Origin: Owenia fusiformis
Taxonomy: Eukaryota
Direction: 5' to 3'
Assembly: GCA_903813345.2 (NCBI GenBank)
Contig: CAIIXF020000001.1
Span: 35,588,001-35,652,000, forward strand
Length of the DNA stretch: 64,000 bases
Shown piece by piece: positions 49,047 through 62,500 of the stretch. The first letter of the stretch is position 1; the number at the start of each line of letters is the position of its first letter. The notes under the pieces were generated by a model that did no database searches, was not told the origin of the DNA, and was given only the letters and a program-made list of their open reading frames with translations. The position numbers were made by a program, and so were the translations under genes.

Positions 49047-51005
49047 TATCATTCAATTAATAAATCCCAGGTTTATTATCAAGTCTAGTTATCCAATTCA
49101 GGTCAAATGTAGCCATGCATACAATCTCTCATCCAAATTATATGTGGAGGGGGTTGTAAAACAAATTATGTCTACTGCCATTTGGTAAGAAACAGGATGA
49201 ATGAAATATGTGTGGCGAGTTGGAGGGTCGGGGGGGGGGGTTGGGATCCAGATAGGGCCTATAGATAAATTCACAACATCATAAGTCCATTATTAAGTCC
49301 CTGTTATTTGTCAGATTTACACTCAATATCAAAGTGACACTATAAAAATAAGGCTAAAAGGTTGAAAACATTTACTCATTGTTTATGAGTTCCATGAAAG
49401 AAATGGTTAAGGTTGTTTCTTGAGACCATTATAATAAATCTTCAGATGCTCTTGGAATCTCTATTTTACTTCACAATCTGAACAGCAAAATTCTCACTCA
49501 GTTCTCTTACATACATATCACCTGAAGTTTAATAGAATAGAAAGAAGGAGAAAAGCCCTCATTCCTAATAAAGAATTGTAGGCATCTCTGCATTGACATA
49601 ATACAATAAACCTGAGAGGATGAACATTTACAGGCATCTGTCTTCTGGTAAATATACAGACAAGTACAAGTACTGAATTGACAAGATGAATTGTAGATGG
49701 TCAGTACACATGTACTAAGAACATTATAATGACTATAGTTGCACAAGCAATGCTATATTGGGGTGTTGGAAATGTTCTGCATTTGTAATTTACTGTATAT
49801 TACTAATACTTAACACATGCTATGAAACCAGAACTAGAAAACAGCAACTCTTCGGAGTAGCAAATCCCACCATACAAAACATGTTTTGATATGTAGTTCC
49901 CATCTTGAAAATTTCTTCGAAAACATAGCTCCTTTTTTGTGACAAGGTTTTTGAGTCATCCAAAAGATAACAAGCTTTTCCGACAAATGGCAGCCATTTT
50001 AAAATTCAGCTGCCATCTTGAAAATTCCTTCTTGAGCAGAGCTCCTGTGTCCCCTTAGGCATCTGCATATGAAATGTGAATCGAATCCGTCGACTGGTAT
50101 TTGAGTTATAAGAGATTGCGTTTTTTACGAAAAATGGCAGCCATTTTGAAATTTAGCAACCATCTCGAAAATCTTTTCTTATTTTAAATTGAGTGGCCAT
50201 ATTGAAATTTCCATCTCCAGCAAGAGGGGAAAACCCCAAGGGTTCAGAAATTACATATTTTTATATTATTTATTTCATATATACATAATACAGCATTTTA
50301 TACATATTTTTTTGTTTTAGAATAGAGGGGTTAGAGGTTGTCATCTTTGTTGGTTATATTTTCAAAAAAAGATATAAAAACATATTCTTATGTTTTTTTT
50401 ATTTACAAAGTTTACTTTTTTATTAAATAAGTATCATTTATTATTATTGTGGTTGTTACTTCATATGTAGTAGTATGCATCTATGGGATAACATCATTTA
50501 TACATCCCCCATTCATTTTGGATTCATTCATTACACATTCTGTTCATATTTTTCAATAAGTTAATGAAATCACATATGCCTATAATGTAAATGTATGCCA
50601 TCATCACTGATTGGTCACATTGAGAGACAAAATAAATGATGTCATTTATTGGCGGTTTCAAAATTTGGCCTGTTTACCAAAATCATAGCTTGTTATTTCA
50701 CATCAAGATAAAGAAATAATGAAAGGAATAATGCTAACATCAATTAAAACAGCACAATGATGTGTGGTATTCGGAAACTAGCTGGTAAAAATTGAAACAA
50801 ATGAAGGTGATAAGCAAGAGACGTAATTATGTCGGTCATCTCCTAAGATCTGGGATTTCCCTCCTCTTTTTTTCGAGCATAGGTCCTACACCCATAAGGC
50901 ATAAGCCTATAAAATTTGAAGCAAATCCGTCCATCAGTATTTGAGTTATGGCCTGGACACATGAACGGAATTAAATGGTATGGTTTGCAATTGTAATGTA
51001 TGGTT

Positions 51006-51612
51006 TAATAATAAACAAATACTGGATGATCAGGAGCTGGATATGGCAGAATACCTATTCGAGAAAAAATATTGGGCGAGGCGGCAGTGATAGGTATTCT
51101 GGTATCCAGTATTTGTTTTATTATGCACCTCCCAATCAAAGTTAAGTGGAGTACTTACTGGAGTACAGGCTTAAACTGTCGTGTAGTTGACATTATTTTG
51201 ACATTTATTTATTCTTTCTTTCAAAACTCAGACGACTTCCGGCCAGTTTATTCGCTACACTGGACAAAAATATTTGCCCCGGGAATTTAAATTTTATTTA
51301 TTCGAGACGTTCTTGCAGAATTATATGTAACTTTTGAATGATAAGGGTAATTGTGATTGATTAAGTGCATTTTTTTCTTCTATTTTCCGCCAGTTTAAGA
51401 TGTAAGCTTTAAGTAGTTCTCCAGTTATTAAGAAATAAAACTCTGAAGTGGGAATGTTGCAAAAACATTGAAAAAAATATCCGACCCTTTTTCTCGAAAG
51501 GGTCAGATATTAAAAAAATATCCGGCTGTTTTCAGAAAAGAGCAGAGTATTGCCAAATTACAAGCAACTAAGAACCAATCAGATTTGAGTATTTTAATGA
51601 GGTGCATAATAA
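51006..51612 (+). mobile_element. Hairpin + inverted-repeat element (copy E)
   Basis: Hairpin ~51006-51124. IR TTATTATGCACCTC (51118-51131) / GAGGTGCATAATAA (51599-51612). Confidence 0.7.
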
Positions 51613-52619
51613 CAAAAATTATCATATACTAGTTTATATCCAGCCTCTGTGTACATCATATTTATACCCGTCTCCTGAAATTCTAACAAACAACACCTTT
51701 ACCTTACCTAATGGAAAATGTGTTTTTATCATATAATGTGTGATAATAACAATCACACATGATCACTTATCAGAATTGACGTATTTAGCAGCAATGAAAA
51801 AGAACATAACTGTAAAAGCATGCTCAATTCATTCTATGACTAGACATATTGATCAGTGTAGACCCGTAATCTAATAGTGATGAGTTGGTTAGTTAATACA
51901 ATTTGCTGGCTTTTTGGAAGAATCTAGAGTGACTTTCTAATACAGAATAGAACTGAAGGTATCGATTTAAGCATTCCATGAGTGATTCTGTGATTAATAT
52001 GTGATGAAAGGGTAATGGTGTGATATTACAGTGGGTGAAGCAAGCATGCAGCAGCAATGTATTAGATTGGCCATATCAAGTTTAAGATATGTTCAAATCT
52101 CTGTCTGTTAAAGGGACCAATCCAAAAGTTCAATGTAGGAGAGCTAACTAAATTTTGATAGTTAACTCCCAGACATCCCCCTCTCCCTGTTAACTAAATA
52201 TGAGAAATGTTGATCCTCGCGTGGTTATTAGAACCGCACCACCGATTGAATGTGGTTTTAACGATATTTCATTAATTTTGTGCGATTATTTTTTATTGAT
52301 TTCCAAATTTCATTTGCTTGTGAGACGATTTTACCTTTCTTACCCACTTCAAGTGAGTCACTCCATAAAGTTTTCACTAGTCTTTCATAATCTGCTGTAA
52401 ATTGGCTTCAATATGCCTCTTTAATCAAGTTTCATGTGAAGTTTTATGAAAAAAATTCATGGAGAATGGGGAATCCAAACTGGATGAAATGACCATGGTG
52501 GAGATTCCCGGGAATTCAATAATCAATGTCGGCAGAACTTAACTACATGTATTCGGAACAATAAGACCCTCCCCCCTAACTATCAAAATTTAACATTGAT
52601 CTTTTGCATTGCATTTGCA

Positions 52620-52850
52620 TCTCTGTCTGTTGTGTTCAAATTTCTGTCTGCTTTGTTCAAAAATCTGTCTACTATGTTCAAATCTCTGTCTGCTATGTTC
52701 AAATTTCTGTAGATGCTATGGTCAAATCTCCTGTCTGTTATATTCATTCAAATCTCTGTCTGTTGTGTTCAATGCTGTCTGTTGTGTTCAAATTGCTGTC
52801 TGTTATATTCAAATCCCTGTCTGTTATGTTCAAATATTTGCCTGTTGGGT
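52620..52850 (+). repeat. ~21-bp minisatellite (TGTTCAAATCTCTGTCTGTTA)n
   Basis: About 10 degenerate copies. Related units at ~52090 and inverted at ~54535-54600. Confidence 0.85.
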
Positions 52851-53525
52851 TTATTTCAAAACTTTACATTTATTTCTTCCATTCAGAGTTAGCAATTTTA
52901 CATATTGGCCTCAACATAGAAGATTCTCAATTACCTTGAATGTTTTGCTTACAGTTTACAAGGTAAGTTATCAGAATGACTTGAAAGAAACTTGTGCCAG
53001 ATGTTGCAAATATTTGGTGAAACAGAGAACTGGTAATGCCTGTCGAAACATAAATTCCAATTATCTAATGTTTCAGTCTGCTTAGAGATTCATTCACCGG
53101 AAACAACAGTCTTTCCTGTAGGCTTTCAACCATAATGCAGCAACAGGGCTGTAATGGATTAAATTCAGTGATTTCTTTGAATTTGCCGATTACAGTTGCT
53201 CTATGATGCACTTGTAGATCTCATTTTTTGACTTAAATTAGAATAAGTCATTTTTGAAAATAGGCCTAATTTTTCAAGGGGCCTAAAAATAGTACATGTA
53301 CTTTCTCTCTCCATATTTTCTCTGGAGTAAGGCTCTAGTTTTGAGTGTGAGTGTTTTGTATGTTCTCACAAATTGCTCTTTTTTCATACAAACAGTTTTG
53401 ATTTCTCAACAAAAAATAACTTATATCCCCATGAAGGGAAATGACTACATTATATCATTAGACTAATGACAAACACTATATTAGCAGGCTGTGGATTATT
53501 AACCTATGTAAAATGAGATAATAAC

Positions 53526-53777
53526 TAGGGCCTGGACGGTTTCATAATTTTTCGGTTCACAGTTTTTATCTTTTCAGTTCGGGCTAAAATAACACCAAAA
53601 TTGAGCTTAATACTATTTAGAAGCATCAATAATGCTGAGTTCTTCTCTCGGTTCCAGCCTACCGACCAAGCCCTAAGAAATGCAGTTTCAATTTACCATC
53701 AGAGCCCTATGAAATGCAGTTTCAATTTACCATCAGAGCCCCAAGAAATGCAGTTTCAATTTACCATCACAGCCCTA
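53526..53777. mobile_element. hAT-like MITE whose right end is reiterated as ~33-bp tandem units
   Basis: TAGGGC...GCCCTA ends. Flanks ATAATAAC / AGAATAAC (7/8 match). Three copies of AAATGCAGTTTCAATTTACCATCAnAGCCC. Confidence 0.55.
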
Positions 53778-55006
53778 AGAATAACATTGGTATCATTTGC
53801 ATGTTTTCTATCATTGGCAAATGTTATATTTCATGTGTAGGCCTTAAAATAATCCATGTATACTAGCCAATAAACAAAGCCCAACAAACACTATAAAGGG
53901 GAAAAGTCCCACTTGCCCAACTAGGTCCTACTGTGCCCCATTGAATGATATTGGGCCAACTGTATTTGAAGTATCATAGGGTGTCAAACTAGATAACAGC
54001 AATGCCAAAATGAAGCAAATCCCATCAACAGCAAAGGCTGCCACTTTGTGGAAATGGGCCTCTATTAGCCAAATTGGCACTGATCAGTGTAATTTTTTGG
54101 AAGGGGACAGGGTGTGTACTAGCTCTTTACTCTTCCTCTGGCTATGAGGCTTTAACAGTAGAATAAAAATATTTTGTTAGGGAATTGCTTGAGATGAACA
54201 ACAATGCAGCTTATTTATTTGTTTCCTCTGATATTAATTTCAAAAGCTTTTTATGCCAATCATTGACCTGTCGACTACTTCTTCATATCAATCAATGACA
54301 GATTTATGATACAATATAGAGGAAGCTAGTTGCTTTTCCTCGTTATATGTCTGGGCTCCAGGATGAGATCATACCAGGTCACAGACTTTATGTCATGTTG
54401 TCTGGAGTCCTTTATCAATCAGTAAGTGCTAGTATAAGTATACATGTCAATTTGTTCTGATTCACATAACTACACAGGCTCTCGGTTCGGAACGTAGAAC
54501 AAAAATACTCTTATATAATTCAGTACTGTATTCCAGATATGAACAAAAAGACAGAGATATGAACACAGAAGACATAGATTTGAACACAACAGACAGAGAT
54601 GAGAAAAGAAGATTCTTGTTTTTTTAGTTGATTTTTGTGTTCTGTAGTATACAAACTGAATGTGTTTTGACTATAATAGGTCTTTTAACAATAATGTGTG
54701 AAAATCATATATGAGCCTGGCCTAAATTCAAATCCGACTTCTTGGTCTATATATGCAAGGAAAAAATGTTAAGACATAAGCCATGGCTCATTTGAAAGGT
54801 CTCTTTGTGTTTTTTAAGATAAACAAAAAGTCAGAATATTGAAAAAATCTGTGATAAGACCCTTTTACCTGTGGCCTGGCTCATATTTAGTATCAGTTTT
54901 ATTATATCAAATTCACTCTCAGAAAGTCTGCTGTCAATGAACTACGTACAATAGATGGCAGAACATGTAATAATTAGAGGTTATGTCACTATCGTGGCAT
55001 ATATGC

Positions 55007-56344
55007 TAGTGGTGTCAATTAACTGCTTGAGCATTAACCGGTTAACCGGGTGTTTTTACCGGTTAAAGTTGGTTAACCGGCGGGAAATTTGAACTGATAA
55101 TTTCAAATGAAATCTTCGATCTCGAAAGTTTAAAAAATTGAAAAAATGATATATCGGCGTTTATTTTTTACGTTCGTCAAGCTTTTCTCTATTCTATTCA
55201 TAGACTACCTGTACCTAAATTACTTACCAGACTAGTTTACACCCCAGTCACATTTGTCGCACGGCGGCCGCAAGGTGACCGCAGATCAGTTAAATCGGTG
55301 AATTTCTGCGGCGAGCGTAGAAAAACTACGCTCGCCTTGCGGCCTCCGTACGGCGTATGCAGATTTTTACAGGCCGCAGGGAAGGCGTAGAAATTATAAC
55401 TCGGAGTTATAATTTTTGTTCATTTCTGAGGTCGCTGTAGAAATCAACTGGCTCAACAAGATTAAATCATTATTTATCAATGTTTTACGATTACTTTTCA
55501 TTTGATACTACATCCTAGCACTATGAATAACATTTATAAGTTGTCCCGATGTAAATAAAATGAAAAAAGTATTATTTAACAACAGAAATTTAAAATTCAC
55601 CGTGCGGCTGCCGTAGGAAATGTGACTGCAAAAGTATGAGAGCGCAGAAATTCCACAGCGAGCGTAGAAATGTTACTGGCCGCAGAAATGATAGACCGCA
55701 AGGTCGCCGTAGGAAATGTGACTGGGGTGTTACCTTTGGAATCTCCACGAACGCACCATAACAACGAGAATTGCAGCTGATTAGTGTTTATTTTAATTTT
55801 AATTTTCTCACTACCAAAGCGAGACTTTGACCTTTGACATTTTGGCGACGTTGATAGACAACAATAATAACAAAACTAACGAATTAAAAAATGCGAAAAA
55901 TGTATACATGTTTGTAAGGAATTATCTGGCCTATGAGTTGATTACACATGGCTGACAGTTGAAAAACAAACAGATTAACATGCAAAGTAAGTGCGGGAAA
56001 GCAATGTGGCAGGGATTAAAGTTGCTGATTGGATGTTTGTGAGGACTTATCGGACCTATCACATGTATGAGTAGCTAACATGAAACTGACGCTTGGAAAA
56101 CAAACAGATTAACATGCAAAGTAAGCGCGGAAAAGCAATGTGGCAGGGATTAAAGTTGCTGATTGGATATTTGTAAAGAGTTATCAGACTTATGACATGT
56201 ATGAGTAGCTTACGTGAAACTGACACTTTAAAACCAAACAGATTAGCATGCAATATTCGGTCAACTAACCACCCATAAAAACACAGACCGGTCAAGGCAT
56301 TATCGGCGGTTAACCGGTTAACGGGTTAATACTTGACACCTCTA
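55007..56344. mobile_element. hAT-type non-autonomous element, perfect 8-bp TSD ATATATGC
   Basis: ATATATGC|TAGTGGTGTCAA ... TTGACACCTCTA|ATATATGC, with subterminal TTAACCGG repeats. Confidence 0.9.
55240..55729. mobile_element. PIF/Harbinger-type MITE, TTA TSD
   Basis: TTA|CACCCCAGTCACATTT ... AAATGTGACTGGGGTG|TTA. Confidence 0.9.
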
Positions 56345-57398
56345 ATATATGCCCGAGGTCTCAGTGATATATGGCCCGACCTTGGGAGGGACATTGATCT
56401 CTGAGAACCGAGGGCATATGTGCCACGATAGTGACATAAACGATTTATAACATACCTATGATGATGTAGACTGGTCAGAGAGTACCGTTTTCCTATAGAA
56501 TTGACAAACAAATGGTTTGAAAATGATTGAAATGAGTTTAGAAAAATTGCTCGCGCAGTTTTATCTTCGATTGATTGGTTATGACGTCAGCGCCTTGACC
56601 AATCAGAAAGTTGGTGGGCGCGGGCTTTTCAAAACTTATATTGGCCCGCTGTCTTGTGTACACTTTGCACTATACATCATCATAGGTATGTTATAATTGG
56701 TAGTATTTGGTAGGGACATAATACATGTAGATGATAAGAGTCACTTAATGGGGATTTAGCCCGACCTTTTTCAGAAAAATTGAAAATCTTGAATAAGGAG
56801 AAAAAATTGAAAAAGCTAAAAAAAACATATATAAAAGTTGTTTTCAAATATACATGAGAGAATCCAAATATACCATCAAATAGAAAAACTATTGGTCTTT
56901 AATGGTTAAAAATGCAAATCTCCTTATTAAAAATGAGACTTCAACAAGATTTCGAATAATATTTAACATCCCCTCTTATTAAGAATATAATACAAGTACA
57001 ACACGATTGTGTAGATATCTTAATTACTAATTCAATGATATTATTTATGTGTTGAACTTAGTGACAACACCTTGAATATCTCTTTTACTAAACATAAATT
57101 ATTATTGGGATTGATAAATCATACTACAAAAATATTGAACTTATCTTAACATTTAATGTTAATAGTGCCAATAGAACAACTTAATTGCTGATAGTGAAGT
57201 ACCACACGGTACAAATAGATAACACAAAACATTTAATTACACTTTAGTGATTCAAGCATATCACATACTTCACATACACACAAACATGAAGTTCACTTTT
57301 TAAAAACATATGCGGATATTCTGCCTGTAATATTACTCATGTAGTCTAATCAAAGAAAGACACTAACATGGAAAATTTCACTACCTGCCATTTGTTAC

Positions 57399-58526
57399 CA
57401 GTGGCGTAGCCAGGATTTGACAGGAGGGAGTTCGAATATTTTCGGCAAATTTTTTTAGGTGCCACCTAACAGTGAATTTGGTGAAATTTACTTAATCTCT
57501 GCCTAATTTGCTTAAATTTTGCCAGACTTGCTTAAATTTTGCCAAATTTGCTTAAAATTTGCCAAATTTGCTTAAATTTTGCCAAATTTGCTCAAGTTAT
57601 GCCAAATTTGCTTAATTTTGGTCAATTTTATTAATTTTTGCCAGTTTGCTGGAATTTAGTTTTACCTTTGCCAAACAATTGCAAGGGCAAAATCATAAGA
57701 CATGTGAAATATCCCAATTTTTGACCAATTTCGTTCATTTGGAACATTTACAGGCAAAAATCTAGAACTTTTTTCAACAAAGGCTCGTTAATATCCCTTT
57801 ATTTTATGTTTTTACCACTTTCTGATTGGTCAGAAAAAGTAATCTAAAATAAAAAGCTCAAGGACATTATTAGACAAAGACTACCCCAATTTAATTCAAG
57901 CATAGGTTGTATAATTCAATTGCCTATTTTCCATTACTTGCACAATATGATCTTCAAATAAATAAAGGGCAAAAAAATGAGCAAAAAATGTGAGTTCCAA
58001 TGAAAGAAAACAATTTTGAAAATGATTCCTGACCAAAAATAGAGTTTTTAGCGTTCAGAACTTTGGTGTATCACGTGCATTGCATCACTGAACTTTCACA
58101 TGTTCAAACTTCTGATTTATATCATAATTAGGGACAATTTTGGCCTTACATCCATATTAGACAGTTTATGCTTGGTAAGTATGCTTTATTTGTAAAATTG
58201 AATTCGTTTTGATGGTATTAGAACAGTATTTCAGGCCTCAAATGCAAAGTGCAAACCTATTACTGCCCATCTCAAAATAGATCATTTTTCTGTATTCTAA
58301 GTCATTTTACTCAAAATAAAGTTATACATCTCACTTATTTCCATCTTTGCATATACCTTGAATATCTAAAGTAATCAAAAAATGATAAATTACTGAAATA
58401 CTACAAAACATTAACTCAAAATTTGGGGGGATTCCCATAATTGCCAGAAAAGGTGGGTTCGAATTTTTTAGCCAAGATTTTTTTTTTGGGGGGGGAACCC
58501 ATGAACCCCCTCTCCCTATGGCCCTG
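57399..58526. mobile_element. Short-TIR element with 5-bp TSD GTTAC (hAT5-like), containing a 21-bp minisatellite
   Basis: GTTAC|CAGTGGCGTAG ... CTATGGCCCTG|GTTAC. (TTGCCAAATTTGCTTAAATTT)n at ~57495-57640. Confidence 0.6.
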
Positions 58527-58813
58527 GTTACAGACACCAATAATTAAAGACACCATTTGTTACAGACATCGTTTGTTTCTACTCATTCTTTGCAATGAAC
58601 TTGAAAGTCTATTGGGCAATTCATTTCCAAGGGTGGTTGCCATTATGTTGAATTGAAGCAATCATGTTTTCAATCATATAGTCAAAGACTGCGGCAACAG
58701 GTCATAAAAAGCATTTAAAACAGTCATAACTAAAGTAGACTCAAATACATATTCAGCTTAATATCTTACCTGCTATAGAATAATATATCTAAGAGAATTC
58801 TGTGTCAGCTTAC

Positions 58814-58846
58814 TGAGTCTTTCTTCTGGTCCCAGGATTTAGTCAT
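58814..58846 (-). CDS. Candidate upstream coding exon of the PAQR gene (MTKSWDQKKDS)
   Basis: TTCCAG|GT ATG ACT AAA ... TCA|GTAAGC. The phase-0 donor matches the phase-0 acceptor at 45503. Confidence 0.45.
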
Positions 58847-58913
58847 ACCTGGAAATAACAAAGAAAAGCCTTTAACATTACATCATGCCCTTGTTATATT
58901 CAATACAGGAACA

Positions 58914-59542
58914 CAGTGGCGGATGGCAAATTTTAAGTCTGGAAAAGAATTTTGGGCCGCTAAAACCAAAAATTGGACCTAAAAAAGGCCTAAAAAGGCC
59001 AAAGGATAGGTATCGATATGGTGAACTGAATTCAACAATGTTTTTCTCTTAAACCAATTATCAAAAACATTTTGTAAAAAACATGGTCCTTTATGTAATG
59101 TTGACTGATTGGCAACAATTTACTGCAAAAAGTATTTATATATATTTTTATAACTGTTTTTGTTAACATTTTTTGTTTTTTTAGTGCAATTGTTTTTCGT
59201 TAAGATAAACCTTTTATTTCATTAACAAGATACTTTTTTAAAATCAACCAAACTATCCTTTGTACAATTACAATATTGAGAGACCTAAACACGTTGTGTT
59301 TATGTCGTTTTGTTCCAATGAGGTTCGGATAGATGTTTCATTCAATTCCGAACATATGATACCAAGAAACAGTATAGAGAAGAGTATATATATATATATT
59401 TCAAATTATAATGTTACCATCTGAAAGATGACCATTAAATTGACGATGTGTAAAATTTTAACATGCCCTACAAAGTTTTGGGGCCCAAAAACTAAAAACA
59501 TTTTCTGGGCCCACTGCCGCCCCCCCCCAAGATCCGCCACTG
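58914..59542. mobile_element. Short-TIR element with imperfect 6-bp TSD
   Basis: GGAACA|CAGTGGCGGAT ... ATCCGCCACTG|GGAATA, with a poly-C tract near the right end. Confidence 0.65.
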
Positions 59543-62500
59543 GGAATATGTTCTATAAAGTATTATAAGAGAAGCTCCTGTTTCCTGGTATTTCTATAGA
59601 ATTTTATTTTATTCCTTGTTGATTCTACTCAATATGTTGAAACAATTTTCAAAAAATGATCAAGGTATTCTCAAAAGGTACAAATATAAAACAGTCTAAT
59701 ATGTAATAGGTTTGGGTAACTGCTGTAACTCCTAAACAGTTCATCAAAACTGATTTCAAACATGCAGCATCTATTGATTGTTTGATTAGGTAAGAGAAGT
59801 AAAATAATCCTGATATATAATACTAGGTTGATTGTTTAATAATACACAAGATATATATATATGGAAACAAACAAGGTACATGAGGTAGAACAAATTAGTC
59901 ACCAAGTGGCCCCCCAAAAGGCTGTGATCTGTATTGCTTGTTCTCTCTAGCATGAGTACAAATTTGAAAAAAGAGATTTCTGGAATGGGGATGACAAGAT
60001 TTATCAACAAGGCATAAATACGCAAAATGTCCCCACCTACCATTTGTAACATACGCTGAGCACCAACTGACAAACACGGGACACAAAAAAGTTGGAGACT
60101 TATAATAATGCATCACCGCTTGTGGTGGCGACATAAAAACCTTTAAACAAGACGCACTGTGATAAATATTTTAGAGCTAAATGACCACCATGTAATTTAC
60201 CCAGGATGCCTAAAAAAATCAGATCTTGGTTCTTGCATCTGTAAAAAGCTCAAGTTAAATTATTAAGAGCCAGGTTAAGAGATTTTGATGGCAAGATTTA
60301 TATGGCACCGTGTGATTAAAACAATATAACTTCTTGGTGAAATGATAATGAAGATTTCAATCAGTATTCAGTGTACCATAGATATCCATAGCCTACCAAA
60401 AGACCAACAGATGAAGAAAAATTTAAAGGCCCCAATTTAAAGGAGAATTTTGATGAACCTATATTAAATATAGAACCTCAAATAATTCTATGCTCTACAG
60501 TACCAGGATTAGGTCTCGAAATTGGCATGGGGTGAGGGACTTTATTGAAAACCCTTACATTTGCACTGAAAACATGGGATTACTTTTTGAGAACTTATTT
60601 TGTTTTTGGCAACTTGGAGCTTATTTTTCTGAACAGGCCTAAAAAGACCTCTTTTACTTACTATAAGTAAAGTTATATAATTATATATGTATCTGGAAAG
60701 TTATCATGAACCTCATTGCTCAAGTCTACAAGTCTAAAAGTTGGTAACTTGGAATAATCATAAAATCAAATTACAAAAATGTAGCATGAAAAAAAACTAA
60801 ATTGCCAAATCAAAATTGTAAAGTTCTCCTTAGAATGTACATGTACCTAGAGCTGATAGTGATACACAACTCGTAACTATGAAGTAGGCAGAATGATTAC
60901 CTGGTTCATGCTTTTGTGAGTACAGCTGCACTGAACAGTCTACACAGACTACTCCCAATTTATAACATAAATTTTCCCTTAGAGATGCAATGGTGTATAA
61001 ATACTTTTCAACCAACTCCTTGGATAATTCCTGATTTATGATTTTAGCTTCAGAACTGGAATCAATGTTGAATTATAGGCTGAGCAGTGCATTAAAGAGT
61101 GGTGTTAATGTTTAAATATAATGGAAAGCGGTTGCTATTTGTTTTGGTACAACTATTATGCACTTAGGATCAATATATCAACAAAACAGCAACTAAAAAT
61201 AAACTATAAACATGTAGTTCTTCAAGATATCAATCTTTTGATCCTCAAAGGAATTAAATCTTATTTTAAACAAAGGTTTTATTCCTGTATTTACCCCAGG
61301 AGAATTATTAAACATTTACTGATCATCTGAAGGGTAGATTTATTTAGGGGGTCAATGTCCTAACAATAGGGGTAAATTTTATTATCAAAATGTTATGCAA
61401 TCTATGCTAGGAAGTTCAAGGTTCTAGATTAATCCAGTTACAGGTTATCTTTATTACCAACATGTTATGTCATTTATGCTAGCATTATGTCAAAATCAAA
61501 GAATAATACAATCTTTGCAAGGGTGACTTTCTGGATAATTCTTAAAATCTGAATCTCAGTTCAGACTGAGATTTCTCTTGAACTAAAAGTACAGACAAAG
61601 CTAAATTTTGAGAAGCTTGGTACATGGTCAAATTAATGCAAATGGCATCTCAAAAATCACAGAATAATAATTTTAAGCCATACAGAAGTGGACCAAAATG
61701 TATGCTACTCTTAAGATATGTAATAGATATGTAAACATGTCCAAATAGTGAATCTAAATTGAGCTCAATTTTTTCAATATTCATATTGTTTGAGTGGTTG
61801 TTAGTATTACAAGTGCTAAAATGGTCCTTTCTGAATCCTAACAAAATACCAAAGCAGACCTAATAATAACACGTGAGGGTCGTGAGCTAAAATTTTATAA
61901 ACTAGATTTTAGAGAGAAAAATCCAAAATGGAAACCTCCGGTGGAAACCATTAAATTTAGTCAGCATGCCCAAAAACTAACCAGTTCTAAATTTCTTTCC
62001 CAAAATCTCAGAAAAATCAAAAATCTACTGTCTGACACCTGGCTAACATAACACAACACAGATGCCAATCTGAGGTGCAATGAAAATATACTCACATTCA
62101 CATCATCTGCTCAAGGTGTTTCCTACATGTAAAAAGTCACATCTGTATCTTCAAATAAAATAGTCTAGAAATTGAAATAAAAAGTAAACAACCTTTCCTT
62201 CCTGGTTTAAAATAACTTTTGATCACAAAATACATCCTCATATTTGTCACTTACCAGTTAACACAGCAGAAGGTCAATGAAGAGCACTCTTGGCAGATCA
62301 ATGCTAAAGAGTGGAATGACATTATATGACACCCTGAATCTATATCAGTTAGTCACATAAGCCTCTGACTATCACAATTGATTCTGAAATTGATCAGTCT
62401 TGATTTATTGATTATTTAGTAACACTTTTTATTAAATTTACTAATCCTGCCTTTCTCTACCACATTAGAGTGTTGATGTATCCTGATGTTTTAATGTGAG

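Larger units (their letters stand above)
54981..56696 (+). mobile_element. Hairpin + inverted-repeat element (copy F), interrupted by a hAT element
   Basis: Hairpin arm TTATGTCACTATCGTGGCATATATGC (54981-55006) pairs with GCATATGTGCCACGATAGTGACATAA (~56414-56439). 24-bp IR 56445-56468 / 56673-56696. Confidence 0.8.

Noticed and set aside
52604..53085. Cys/Leu-rich ORFs resembling a metallothionein or keratin-associated protein
   Set aside because: Artefact of a 21-bp minisatellite that is open in two frames.
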